A program made the position numbers and the translations under genes. From Yuukianura sp. NJ FZ-2021 (lineage: Eukaryota), in the NCBI GenBank assembly GCA_046563655.1, contig CM102284.1, positions 5,394,001 through 5,458,000 of the forward strand: a stretch of 64,000 nt of DNA, in the 5' to 3' direction. This document shows, piece by piece, positions 12,443 to 25,691 of this stretch. Each line of letters starts with the position of its first letter. Within the stretch, counting starts at the first letter, position 1. Below the pieces are notes generated by a model. The model made no database searches, was not told the origin of the DNA, and saw only the letters and a program-made list of their open reading frames with translations.

Positions 12443-12993
12443 TCAGGAATCAGGATGCTGCGGACAGCAGCGATTGACCTTGAACCAGTCGTCAATACAA
12501 TGTTTGTGATAGACACAGAGACAAGGTAGTCTGGCAATCACATCGTCCTCTTCCAGCTCTTCCAGACAAATGACGCACTCCATTCCCTTTGCTTTCTCCG
12601 CTTTATCCTCTAAAAAGGAAGCAAAAACATGTTTTACAAAAAAAACCTGAAAAAGAGAAAATTTCGATTTTTGAAAGTACGCTTTTGATTAACTTACCAT
12701 TGTAGTGTAATTTAGGCCTAGTTAAACACATGACTAAATGCATTTCAGGATCTTCTGAGTCGTCTCCAACAGCTTTGCAACAAATTGGACATTTCACTTC
12801 TGGAAAATTAGAAAAGCAAACAAGAAATTAGGTCAAAATTGAGCATAAAGTGAAAGTAAACATTAAAAGTGACAACATTTTTTGACATTTTGTTAAACTA
12901 ACCTTCACTGACAAGGATTCGAACAGCTTCGCTCATGTCGCTGTCCGGTCGTTCGATGATGGATTGACTACTTTTAACAGCACAGGAACCCAT
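12443..12993 (-). CDS. ZNRF2: ZNRF1/2-family E3 ubiquitin ligase (UBZ zinc finger + RING-H2), ~119 aa
   Basis: Exons 12993-12903, 12799-12698 and 12609-12443 give MGSCAVKSS...KCPICCK...EMHLVMCLTRPKLHYNED...ECVICLEELEEDDVIARLPCLCVYHKHCIDDWFKVNRCCPQHPDS*. These are ZNRF signature motifs. Confidence 0.92.
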
Positions 12994-14440
12994 TGCAACT
13001 TTCTCCGCTTTTTAGCAGCAGCAGAGAAAGTTTGCGTCATTTCACACCCGACGGTCGGCAGCTCCACATTTCTTTAACCACAACAATCAATCTAAGAACA
13101 GGAACTGTAGCCTTGGTAATTGTTGACAATTAACTCTAACCAAGCAGTTTCCGACACTTTCACCACTCTGTGTCCATGATTCCAACTTACAATGGTTATG
13201 TTTCTGGACTTACAATTAACTTTTTAGCTTATAATTAACTTAAAAGACCGGGTTAAGACTAGAACCGACTGAGAACTGAACTGTTCCGCTTCTCCAGTGT
13301 CACTGACAGTGAAAGTTGCGTTGTGCCATGAAATTTTCGGACTGAAGCTGAAGGACATGAGAACTTAACTATGTAAAGCTTTTACCTCTGACAGCGTCCT
13401 TTTTTTGACATTCCCCATTTTTGTTTGAATAGCTCTTCTGGGCCACACTACACTCCAGTGCTAGAGCACTGGACAAGGGAAGACTCAATTGGAAGCTCAA
13501 TCGATTCTGGATTAATTCTTAATGACAAATGAATGTTTGGAGAAAGGGAAGTTAGTATTATAGTACTAAAGGAGAGACAAGCAGGAGTGTCCAGGACACT
13601 GTGTTTTGGAATCCACAATGGAGAAAAAATAGCGAAACACCTTAGGGGAAAGTTGTCAATATTGCAATCACTCCCAGGCTATGGCCAGACAATTAAGGAA
13701 ATTATCCGTTTCAAAAAAACCGAAAACGGAACGAAGAAAATAAAGTCACTTATTGGCAGGAATCACGAGGCCTTTGCTCTTTTTTTAAAACGCAACCAAA
13801 CCAAAATAGTAGAAAGCAAAATCGCACATCAAACTTTTTAAAATCGCATGTCAGGTTCAGAAAGTTACGAAATTTTTGAAAAACAAGGAAAATTAAAACT
13901 AAATTCTCAGTTCAAGTTAGGCCTTGTCAACCTAACATTATTATTAGACCCACTAATGCTAAAGTTCTGGAACTCGTGGAAGTGACAAGACTTCCAGGTC
14001 CTCAAATTGTCATGCTTGTTTATTCTGTTCGTACTTTCTCTTATAGTTGTGTGGAAAATAAATTATTTAAGTTACAGGCACACCTAAAAGTCTACTTTTA
14101 CCTTAACTTACCAAGCCTTTCAGGAAGATTAAATTTTAAGGACTAGCACGCTTCCCATTTTTTGCAAACTTTTCAAACTGAAATTGAAAATATTAGGTAA
14201 ATTCGGCTGCTACTAAAAACCTAAAGGAATGTTGAAGTGAAAGTTTTTTAGGAAAAGTTTTTTGAGAAAGAGAATTCGCTGAGCGCTAAATTTTGCACCT
14301 ACAAGTGTTAAAATCATGATTACACTGTTAATTGTTAGTCTGGAACGTTTCTTGTTAAAACTAAACTAATTAAATACCTTCGTATAAATTAAAGTTAAGT
14401 GAATTGTCTCATTGCTTTCTCATTTATGGCTCAAGGGACG

Positions 14441-17400
14441 TCAGAATCCTTGATTCTCTCTTGAACCTAACCACGTTAGCAGCCGTTTGTCTGTACATCT
14501 TTCAAGTATTCTGGACTCTTCATCACTCAAGTGCAGAAGCGTCGCCACAACTTTTGTTAAATGATGAGTCTAAAGCAAGATTTTGAAAATTGGGAAAATT
14601 TTGAATTGATGATTGACTAAAACTGCAGCTGAAGCTGAATGTTTGATTGAAGAGTGAACGCTTACCACTTGTGGATCATGCGATGTCACAAATTTGAAAA
14701 TGACAGATTTCATGTATTGGAAGTTGACGTCATTGGCATAAGAATAGGAAGTCTCAACATGAGAATTGGATGACGGAATAACTGCTGGTTCGGTGTCCAC
14801 TTGGGGTTGACTACAACATAACATAAAAACATAAATTGCATAATGCTTTAACTTTTTTTAGGAATTATAAAATTCATTATGATTTTACCTTGGTTCTTCA
14901 ACTCTGACGTCATTTGCACTGGACGCCAATGAATTCTGACTCGGACTTTTGGAAAAATACTCGGGAGGAGTTGGTTCTAATGGCTGAAGATGCGTTGAAT
15001 TGCCTTTCATTTCCTTGGCCAAAGTCTTTCGCATGTCTTGCAGTTGCTGCTGCCTGAGCTTCAATGCCTGTTTGAAAGAAAGTTTGTTAAGTACTGGAAA
15101 TCTCATCACTTTTGAACAAAATAGTATAATGAAAACGAACTTACCTTGTTTTTGTCATTTAATTTTGCTTCTAATTCTCGTATTCTCTCTTTGAACGATT
15201 CTACGTCCTCTTCAGCTCCTAGACCATTTGATTTGGAGTGAAACTCTTCTAGTTCGATGTTTCGTTTTTCTAGTTCAGTGTCAAGTTCTTGAATCCGACT
15301 AGTCGCTGCCTCTTGTTGATGTTCAAGGTCCCGACACCGCTTCTCCACGCTCTCCAGATCACAACGCGACTTTTTCAGTTCTTCGTGAGTATCTCCCAAC
15401 TTAACAAAGGAAAATGAATCATAATAACAAACTTTCAATTGCAGGGATTTTTTTACGCAATAACTTACTTGTTGAAGGGCTTCGTCCAGAGAGGAACCTT
15501 GTTCATAAAATGATGTCTCCTTCTTCTGAAGTTCGTTCTGAAGCTGCTCAATGCGTGAACTTAATTCAGCACGTTCGGCTTCAAATGATTCTTGGTTTTG
15601 AGCTTTGAAGTTTTGAAAGTCAATCTTTTCCTTCTCAAGATTTTGTAAGGCAGTTTCCTTTTCGGCGTTCAGTTTGTTGTTCTCTTCAGCTAAATTATTA
15701 GCCAAACTGACCGAATCTTCAAGCGATTTACGCGCTTCGGCCAGAGCGGTATCCCGTTCCTGGATTTCCTTTTGTAAATGTTTCACCTTTTCCATTTCTT
15801 GTTTTGCGATTCCCTCCATTTGGTCCATGTCATCCTGTAGTCTTGTCATTTTATTTTGGTAGCTTTCTTCCATTTTCTTTATTAAATCGTCACCCTTTTG
15901 TTTTTCCGATCTCAGATTTTCCAGTTCCTCGTGTGTAACGCCCAACTGAGCAAAGAAAAAATGCATTACCAAAACTTAGTTTGGAACGATTTTGTTTTCA
16001 ATAACGTACAACGTACTTGTTGAAGGGCATCATCCAGAGACGAACATTTCTCATAAAATGACTCCTCTTTCTTCTGAAGTTCGTTCTGAAGCTGCTCAAT
16101 GCGTGAACTTAATTCAGCACGTTCGGCTTCAGATGATTCTTGATTGTCAGCTTTGAAGTTTTGAAAGTCAATCTTTTCCTTCTCAAGATTTTGTAAGGCA
16201 GTTTCCTTTTCGGCTTTAAGTTTGTTGTTCTCTTGAGCTAAATTATTAGCAAAATTGATCGAATCTTCAAGCGATTTACGCGCTTCGGCCACAGCGGTAT
16301 CTCGTTCCTGGATCCCCTGTTGTAAATTGTTGATTTGAGACGTAACAGCGTCGCCTTGTTCGGCTTCAAACTTTACATGATTCAATCTATCGCGATCCAA
16401 ATTTTGCAAAATCGTTTCGTTCTCTCCCTTCAATTGTTTGTTCTCTTCTGCCAAATCCTTGGCCAAATTGGCTTTTTGCGTTACTTCTGATTGAGCTTTC
16501 TGTAGATCTGCTTGCGTATTTGAAAGCTAAAAATAACAATATTAAATCGCAATTCAAAACAACTTTCGAACAAGACAAGTCCGAATGCAAAGCCAATTGT
16601 CACTCATGTTCTCATACCAAAAGTTTCACATTTTCCATTTCTTGTTTTGTAATTCCTTCCAGTTGTTCCATGTCATCCTGTAGTGTTGTAATTTTATTTA
16701 GGTAGCTTTCTTCCATTTTCTTCATTAATTCCTCCCCCTTTCGTTGTTCTGATCTCAGCTTTTCCAGTTCCTCATGTGTAACTCCCAACTGAACAAAGAA
16801 AATGAATTATCAAACGTTAGTTGGAAACGATTTTTTTGTTCAATAGCTTACTCGTTGAAGGGCATCGTCCAGTGAGGAACATTTCTCAGAAATTGACTCC
16901 TCCTTCTTCTGAAGCTCGTTCTGAAGCTGCTCAATGCGAGAACTTAATTCAGCGCGTTCGGCTTCAAATGATTCTTGGTTGTGACCTTTGGAGTTTTGAA
17001 ACTCAATCTTTTCCTTCTCAAGATTTTGTAAGGCAGTTTCCTTTTCGGCTTTTAGTTTGTTGTTCTCTTCAGCTAAATTATTAGCAAAACTGACCGAATC
17101 TTCAAGCGATTTACGTGCTTCGGCCAGAATGGTATCCCGTTGCTGGATCTCCTGTTGTAAATTCACGATTTGAGTCGTAACGTCGGCTTGTTCGGCTTCA
17201 AACTTTACACGATTTAATCGATCGCGATCCAAATTTCGTAAAATCGTTTCGTTCTCTGCCTTCAATTGTTTGTTCTCTTCTGCCAAATCCTTGGCCAAAT
17301 TGGCCTTTTCCATTACTTCTGATTGAGCTTTCTGTAGATCTGCTTGCGTATTTAAAAGCTAAAAATAACAATATTAAATCGCAATTCAAAACAACTTTCG

Positions 17401-18224
17401 AACAAGACAAGTCAGCATGCAAAGCCAATTGTCATGTTCTCATACCAAATGCTTCACCTTTGCCATTTCTTGTTTTGTAAATCCCTCCAGTTGGTCCATG
17501 TCATCCTGTACTCTTGTCATTTTATTTTGGTAGCTTCCTTCCATTTTTTTGATTAATTCCTCTGCCTTTCGCTTTTCTGCTCTCAGCTTTTCCAGCTCCT
17601 CTTCTTTCGACCCATACTTCCAAGCAAAATCTGCCTCCTGATTTTGCAGCCTCTCCTCGAATGATTTTCTCATGGAATCGAACTTCCTTTGCCATTCTGC
17701 GTTGACTTTCTTCAGTTCGGCTTCAACGTTTTCTTTTGCATGCAAGGCGTTTGTAGCTCGTAGAGGTACGGCTGGAGTTGGTGTTAAAGGCACAGGAAGA
17801 CTAATATTGGCGAGAGGTGAAGGTGACGTGGGTTCATCTTGTGTATGAATGTCCACCAAACTGGCTAGTGAGCTCTGGCGTGACCCCAAATTATTCGGCG
17901 TATTTGTTCCCTGGATATAATAAAGAAAGTATGGTTTATCAAAGATTTTGGCACTCTTCACTGTTGAATTGAACATCCTTGGATGAACAGAAGTTTTGAA
18001 CAGATCCTTCCATCCATTGACAGAAGCTGAAGCACCACTCAAGATCTTTAAGGTTTCTTTAAACTTTTCGTAAACATTGATAAAGTTACACCATAAACAG
18101 ATCATACCTGTGTACTACCACCCACACGTCTGTCACCGCTACCAAATGGATTGGCCAATGGACTTGTCAGTTGTCCTAAATCTCCTACTTCCTCCTCAAT
18201 CTTCTTCTTCAATTTGGCAAACAT
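14441..18224 (-). CDS. GOLGA1: Golgin-97 (GOLGA1) GRIP-domain coiled-coil golgin
   Basis: N-terminus MFAKLKKKIEEE (ATG at 18224), long heptad coiled coil, and C-terminal GRIP domain VNFQYMKSVIFKFVTS...HLTKVVATLLHLSDEE...LLTWLGS. About 10 exons; stop TGA at 14443-14441. Confidence 0.92.
15469..17600 (-). repeat. Intragenic tandem duplication (~835-bp period, three copies, third with internal deletion) spanning golgin exons and introns
   Basis: The exon block QERDT.LAEARKSLEDS...LQNELQKKE...SSLD.ALQ occurs three times. Introns 17359-17445 and 16527-16617 are nearly identical. Confidence 0.95.
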
Positions 18225-19198
18225 TGCGGTTGAAATGTGGGATAACTAACACTGTACGTTCCAGAACGCCAAACCAGTTGCTAAATGTTCATGAAACCAA
18301 AATTACAGCAGCAGAGTAGGCAAAAATTTCTTGATTACTTGTGGTGAAAGAGTAAATTAATTAATTAGCAGATTTCTGTTTTTCAATTGAATGCAATTCA
18401 GTCAGATGATGCAGATGTCTAAATTTGATTTACCATGAACTGCATTTCTCAATTAAATGCAATTTCTTTAATGCAATATTGCAAAACTCAAAAAGTATAA
18501 TAGTATCTAGCATTTATAAACTTATATTTCTACTAGTATTATAATTCACTACGTTAAAATTTACAATTTACCGTAAAGTTTAACACCAAATTATCACTTA
18601 ACACCTTGATTTTTGGATAATAATTTTTTTTATTTTTTTGAATTCTTATATTTATTTTGCCGTTTAGTCATACAAAATCATTACGTTTTGCACGGTTTTT
18701 GCGTTTGGTAATTTGTTTATTTTTCGTTTTGAAATTTGCGGGTCTTGCAAAAATAATTCGAGCCGGGCCTGACTAATCCTCAGACTTTGGTCAACAGCAG
18801 CGTCGCAGATTTGAACTCTCTCGCAAAACTCCGATATAAAATTAGATTGTGAAAAATCTGAGAAAAAATTAAAATTGAAGGCAAATGTTATTAAAAAGTC
18901 CCTTGGCAACCGTAGTAACTACTAAGCGTTGACCAAGATGGACGCAGGGAGAATGAATGCAACTTACGATTACCAATATAACTTATCCAACTAAATTTTT
19001 ATTTTTTTGTAATGGATTTACATCCGTAGTGTTGTCTAAAGTATCCAATTTCTGTGTTAGAACGGAACCAGATAATTGACGAAAGCGTTGCTTCTTATTG
19101 GGTCAAAGGTCAAGACATTTGTTAACATTTGCTCTCTGTTCTTCATGATTCCTAAACTTATCCCGGTGGGGATAGTTTGACCTTGATTTTTTGAAATT

Positions 19199-20786
19199 AT
19201 GTCAAATAATAAAACAAGAATGAATCAAGTTGTTCCGGAACTTGTGGTGGCAACACCCGAACCTGGTAAATTTCATTGAAGTTTCTCAAGTACAAGTACT
19301 TTAACTTTAATTACACTTCGTAATGCTAAATTTAATTCAATTTTTGTTGTTCTCAAGGTGTCAATGCTGCACCTTCGATCGTGACTACACCAGGCATTCA
19401 TCGTCGCAGTACTGCTGGAGGTACTCCAGCGGCTGCTCTATCACAGCAGCATCCCAGCATCAATATTTTTTTCAGTTTTATTTTCAATACCTGCAAATGT
19501 TTGTGTGTTTTTAGCTCTTTCCATAATTTCCAATGAATCGACCAGATCTGCGCATATTGTAGACTCTGAACAAAGAGATAACCTTGAAATTGTCAAGCTC
19601 AGCCAAGAACGAAAAGACTTCTTGTCCATAATACGTCCAGAACATACTAAACAAATTTCCGGATGGACTACAAAAGGATACTATGGTAGGTAAAAAATTT
19701 CCAAAATTTTGAAAAACCGATTTCCCGATTTTTTTTTCGATTTTAGCAAGTACAACGGAAGGGTGTCCCCCCGGTATGGAGGCGTTGAGCAACCTTAGTG
19801 AATTTTATATTTCAAGAGCTGGAAACAAATTTGACGAAGGTGAGGTAACAAAATCGAAGTTAGTTCTAGATTTTGACGTAGTTACTATCGATTAAGTAAA
19901 AAAAAATTGTACGTTTTGTACTAGTTTATGGCGCTGACGTGGAGCTCGGGCCTGCAAAGTATCAAGTTTCCGGGGACAAAGGTCAAGTTCTCTTCTTTGC
20001 TGTTGAAACACTCCAAGCCAACGAATTTTATCCAAGTCGAGTAAGGACAGTTGACATGACTGTCACTGGATCCAAGGGTGGAATAGTATTTCAAATTTCT
20101 GGAACAAATAAGGTAGTTTCCCGAAGCTGTCTGTAAACTGAAAGTTTCCGAATTTCAAAATTTTGAAAATTTTAAAATCTTGAACTCTTCTTTCGTTTCC
20201 AAAGTCTGCCCAGGTCAAAAACGATGTCAAAACTCTTGGGACGATTACGCGCTATGGAGCTTGGTTTCAAGCGTCGCAGGAGTCCTGGAGCTATAAAATT
20301 TACGATGCCAAAGGAATGGAAGTCGGTCGCTTTCACAGAGACAAGGTCAAAGGTCAGTACACCCTCCAGTTTCCAGGAGTAAATTCTGCTGGAGAAGCCC
20401 GGGAGAACCCGACAAAGACTTACAAGAAACCGAATACCGCCGACCCTGACAATATATTTGGAGTTGAGCTTGGCGGCAGAGGGAGTAGGGTCAGCGCAGA
20501 ACAAAAAACGCTAATACTTGCCGCCAGCCTGCTAATTGTAAATTGACTTTTTAGATAAGTTTTTCAAGGTTCACAGGAATCTGAAACTAAAAATTGTTTT
20601 CAGTTTGACAAGCACTCGAAAACAGTGGATTTTGGACCAAACAAAACCCGTTTCAAGCATGGAGTAATTTACAATTTGTGTATTGGAGCAATTCTCTTAA
20701 TTTTAATAATTGCGATCATCGCTGCAACTAATTCTGGAACTCCAACTCGGAAACACCACATTTGTCCGAAAGCGAAAAAGCCTTAG
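19199..20786 (+). CDS. Divergent phospholipid scramblase (PLSCR/Tubby-like fold) with an extra C-terminal hydrophobic helix
   Basis: About 7 exons. Motifs: GCPPGMEALSNLSEFYI, KYQVSGDKGQVLFFAVE, R.VDMTVT and DNIFGVEL...QKTLILAASLLIFD. The last exon 20604-20786 adds IYNLCIGAILLILIIAIIAA. Confidence 0.75.
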
Positions 20787-20972
20787 GGATGCTTTTGTCT
20801 TTACTGCGGAATACTTTAGATATCCAGTTTTCATTTCATTTCGGATGAATAAAGAGTCCATTGCGACAAAGTTAATTAGTAAATAGTTGTAATCTTTAAG
20901 TAAGTAATTAATTTTTTGAATTTTTACACTTCAAAATCACTAAATGTCTAGCAATTTTTGAAAATATAATCA

Positions 20973-20980
20973 TATCGATA
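20973..20980. promoter_or_regulatory. DRE element (TATCGATA) upstream of COQ3
   Basis: Exact palindrome ~220 bp upstream of the COQ3 ATG. DRE/DREF is an established arthropod housekeeping-promoter motif. An E2F-like TTCGCGGGAA follows at ~21014. Confidence 0.5.
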
Positions 20981-21193
20981 AAAGAGTCTGTTCAAAATGA
21001 CGCTAATTTTTCCTTCGCGGGAACTTCGTACTCAGCTGTTTTTTGTTTACGGTAAAATAAAACAAAAACATTTTTAAAAAAATTTAAAAACGTTTTCTAA
21101 AAAACGGTTTAGAAATTTGCCCAAACGATCAACGTTGAAAAACTGGCTTGGAATTAATCATCATCGTCGTAAAAGCAGTACTTGGTGTTGACG

Positions 21194-22515
21194 ATGTCGC
21201 GGAGAGTGTTTGCTCTGCAGCGTTTTTTGCGAAATGTAAAGTACACTACCATTAACAATAAGTTCCAGAATCGGTAAGTGAAAAGCCTTGCCGGCCTTGC
21301 GTGTTGAATGTTGTTCGTAGTAAATAGTAAATCCATTACTAGTGTTAAGCCATACATTGCCGATATGCTGACGGAATGAATGCAATTGGTTTTTGCTAAA
21401 TGTTTGTATTTTTTTTTTTTGCAGAACATTGGCCACTACTGCTGCAACTGCAGAAACATCGTCTAAATTGAACAATGAGGAAGTTCACAAGTTTGAGAAA
21501 ATGGCCGCAGATTGGTGGAATCCGGACGGCAGCTTCAAGCCTTTACATTCAATGAATTCCCTAAGGTAAGGCTTCAAGTTATTCGTTCGGAGCTAAAGTA
21601 CTGGCACAAGAATTCAACTACGCTTTTTCGCGACTTTTCAGAGTGGAGCTAATCCGAAACGGCTTTATGAATAACGGACAAATCGAAACAGTAGATACGG
21701 AATTCCCATTGAAGGGTTTGAAAATATTGGATATTGGATGCGGTGGTGGCATTTTATCTCAAGTACGTGGTCGTGAGTTGTTTGATTGTTTAGATTTCGA
21801 AGGTTATGCTGTTGATGTTCCAAATTCTGATTGTTATTCAATTCATGATAGCCTCTTGGACGACTTGGTGCCCATGTCACGGGAATTGACGCCGGAAAGG
21901 AGAACATAACAATGGCACGACACAATTTGGCACAAAAGCTTTCAGGTAACGTCCACTTTGTTTGTAGCAGCCTCGAAGAATACGCTGCAGCGGCGGAAGA
22001 CAAACAGTTTGAGGGAATAGTTGCTTCTGAAGTAATTGAGCATGTGAGCGATCCTAGATTGTTTCTTCAACTGTGTACCCAACTTGTAAAGGTGCGTGAA
22101 ACAATCATTCGCACACAAAATCTTACTGCTATTCATGAACATGGCTTTGTTTTAGCCAAGGGGCAGCATTTTTATAACAACTATAAATCGAACACAACTG
22201 GCGTGGCTTGGGGCGATAGTGGCAGCAGAATATGTCTTACGCATCGTACCTACTGGAACGCATGACTGGAAGAAGTTTCTTGCTCCTGAAGAAATCCAAA
22301 ACGAACTTCGCAAATGTAAACTAACACATCACTAGGTTCATTTTGTTTCACAGATATGATCTTCTTAACCACTTAATTCTTGTTTCACAGATAATTGTAA
22401 TACTCGCCTGATACATGGGATGCAGTACAACGTCCTCTGCAACACGTGGAGTTGGACCAAATCCACGGCCGTAAACTTTGCCCTTCACGCTGTGAAGGAT
22501 TCGACAGTATCCTAA
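21194..22515 (+). CDS. COQ3: Ubiquinone biosynthesis O-methyltransferase, mitochondrial
   Basis: Basic targeting-like N-terminus [13 protein letters not shown], then [64 protein letters not shown] and GMQYN. About 6 exons; TAA at 22513-22515. Confidence 0.95.
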
Positions 22516-23169
22516 TTTCCTAATGAAGCCAATCAGCGGATTCCTCTTTGGTCCAGTTCCGTCTGCCCGTTGTAATCAATTCCAAGACCGAAGTTAATGT
22601 GCTGTTGCTATTCAGCTTTTGTACCAAATGGCTTGGCTGATTTTAATTAACTTGTAATTAAATACAAATTAATAAGCGTTTACCACAAATGGGTCACTGT
22701 CACGCTACTCAATAACAACAACAGTTCTCCATTTTGCGTTGTTTCCAGTTGAGTTAAAACGTATTTGGAGAACTGGAGAGCTACTCTTGTCAAATTCAAT
22801 TTGTTTGTTATTGTTGTGCCTTGAATACACAATTACGCTCATTATTGTAATTAGGCAATGAGGCAATGACTCTGTGAGACAAAACAATTCCAGGCGTAAG
22901 TGTTGTAATGTTGCTTGTTACATAATTATTATTCTTTACTTTATTGTTAATATTTATGTAATTTTTTTTTTGATTATTCATTAGATTTTGCCAAAAATCG
23001 AAGACTAAAACGTGCATCGAATTGCTTGGACTTTGAAGAATCTGCTGTCTCTTATTTTGCGATTAGTGAGTAATTCACCTATCGCGTAAGACGCATTGCA
23101 CGAAACGGAAGACGACGTTCATTTGCTGATCCACTTTTTTCGTCAGTAGTTTTCCAGCGTTCTGCGAAA

Positions 23170-25509
23170 ATGGATGTCACTTTTGGACCATCTTCGTCTT
23201 CAAAGTTTCTGAGAAGTAAAATACAACAATCGAATTTGCGAATTTTATGGTTTATGCTTTTTGGCTCCAAATTTTTCAATCTTTTTGATTCTTTTGAATT
23301 CCTAAGATGGGATTCCAGCAAGATACATTTTGGCAATTTTGTCGTTTTTTGGATTCCTTCTGAACTACATGCTGCGTGTCAACATGAGCATTGCTCTCGT
23401 TGTAATGGTCAGACGAAATGACAGGTCAGTTGTATTATGCTCTTATGCTGTCTGGATGAAATGCAAACTGAATACTAAACACACAATGCTAAAATTTTGG
23501 TTTACTTTGTTTTTAGCCGGTATCGAGACGCCAAAAATGTACGTTACAGCAGTGGATTTCAACAAATTTTTATCAAAATTTTAAAGTTTCGTAGTTTGAA
23601 TTAATTTGGTTTCTCGGAAGTTCTAGGAGGAAGGAGAATTCAATTGGGATGACACCGCAATGTCACTGATTTTAGGAGCGTTTTTCTGGGGATACATCTT
23701 TACGCAGGTCAAAACTCAAAATTTCTGAGCATAAAGATTTCAAAATTTTTGATTTTGATTTTCTATTTAGGTTCCTGGAGGACGAATTGCGGAAAGAGTT
23801 GGAGCAAAACATATCTTTGGATTCTCAATCTTCTTTTCTGGAATTGTGACGCTCGCAATTCCGTTTGCTGCTGAAAATAATCCGTTGAAAGTCATTTGTC
23901 TCAGGACGCTTCTTGGATTGTTCGAAGTAGTTGCACAACTAAATTTTTGCAATAACGTATCAGAGTAATTTAGGTTGTATCATGATCTATTTTGAAATTT
24001 AGGGCACCACTTATCCTTCAATGCATGTCTTACTGGCAAAATGGGCTCCACCATCCGAGAGATCCAGAATCACTGCAATTGTCTATTCAGGTCCATTCTG
24101 AAATTTTTGAATCGTTAACCTGCAGACTTACTCAAAATTTCGATTGGGCAAATTTTTCAGGAGCACAAGCGGGTACGGTTTTGACGCTTCCGCTTGTTGG
24201 AGAAACAATTTCGATCTTTGGTTGGAGACCGTCTTTTTACATGTAAGTTTTTACAAGTATTTTCATTTTGTGATTGCTTCCTTCAAAAGCAATTTTTCAT
24301 CAACAGCATGGGTGTGCTACCAGCGATTTGGATGGTATTCTGGCTCATCTTTGTCTTCGACACTCCGCAGTCGCATCCTCGTATTAGCAGCAGCGAACTG
24401 AAGTACTTGGAAGATAGCATTCCATCTGCACCAACACACACTCAGAAAACTGTAAGTTCCAAAATCTGGCAGTTTTTGAAATTCGTAATTTGAACAATTT
24501 TTTGAAGGTTCCTTGGTTCAAAATCTTGACTTCATCTCCATTTTACGCGATCATCATCTCGGGAGTGTCCTGCAGTTGGGGTTTCTGGACTCTGCTGACA
24601 TTTTTGCCAACGTATATGAAAACAATGCTACACTATGATATCAAGGAGGTACGCGTCTCACGTTTTAAAATTTGAGAAGTTAAAGCATTCTTTTGTTTTT
24701 TCAATCTTAAATTTTTTTCACAGAATGCCTGGCTTTCAGCGATTCCTTACCTTGCCATGTGGATGTTCGCTTTGATTTATGCAACGATAGCAGATCGTCT
24801 TCGGAGCTCTGGAAGTCTCAGTACAACAAATGTCAGAAAATTTTCAACAATTATCTGTAAGATTTCTTGAAATGTGAATGATTTTAACACACAAGTTCTT
24901 ATGAATTTTGAAATACTGATTTTCAAAATTTTGAAATCTCCAGGTTTAGGATTTCCTGCGCTGGCACTATTTGCTGTGACGTTTGTCGGAACTGATCCAC
25001 TACCAACCCTGATTCTGTTTACATTTGCTGTGGGTACGACGGGAGCCAAGTATTCGGCGTACCTCAGCAATCACATGGACATTTCGCCAAATTATGCAGG
25101 TAGGAGACTCAAATACACTTAAAAGGCAAAATTCATCAGCATTTAGTAAATTAGGCGGAATTTCTTCAATTATGCGAAATTTTATGAAATTTGTACGAAA
25201 TAGGGACTCTGTTGGGAATTGCTAACGCAGTGAACACAATTCCTGGTTGGCTGAGTCCAATAGTTACGAGTGCCGTAATTGCAAATCATGTAAAGCCTAT
25301 TTTACTTAACACTTTGTTGTGTGTTAGTTAGTAGTGACTAAATTAATTTTTAATCTTAGCAAACCCTTTCAAACTGGCACGAAGTGTTCTACATTGCCTC
25401 TGGATTTTATGCAGTTGGCTGTGGATACTACCTACTCTTTGGAGCAGGAGAAATTCAAGAGTGGAACAATAATGAAAACAAAAGCGGAAGTGAAAGTTGT
25501 AATTCATAG
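23170..25509 (+). CDS. SLC17/ACS-family MFS transporter (sialin / inorganic phosphate cotransporter-like)
   Basis: Motifs RYILAILSFFGFLLNYMLRVNMSIALVVMV, FNWD...LILGAFFWGYI.TQVPGGRIAE, KWAPPSERSR, P.SHPRIS..E, VPWFKILTS, NHMDISPNYAG and EIQEWN across ~12 exons. Confidence 0.93.
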
Positions 25510-25691
25510 GATTTTAAGTGCCTGGGAATTTGTAATTTCAGTGATTGTAGGTTAAACCGGAAGTTTAGTTGTTTCAACTAATAATTTCTTGTCACACTTC
25601 TCAATGACTTAAAATATCGTTTTGTGTTGGATTTCGAGAAAATTGCAAAGTTTTATTACAATTTTAATAAATTAGAAAAGGTTCTCCTAGT

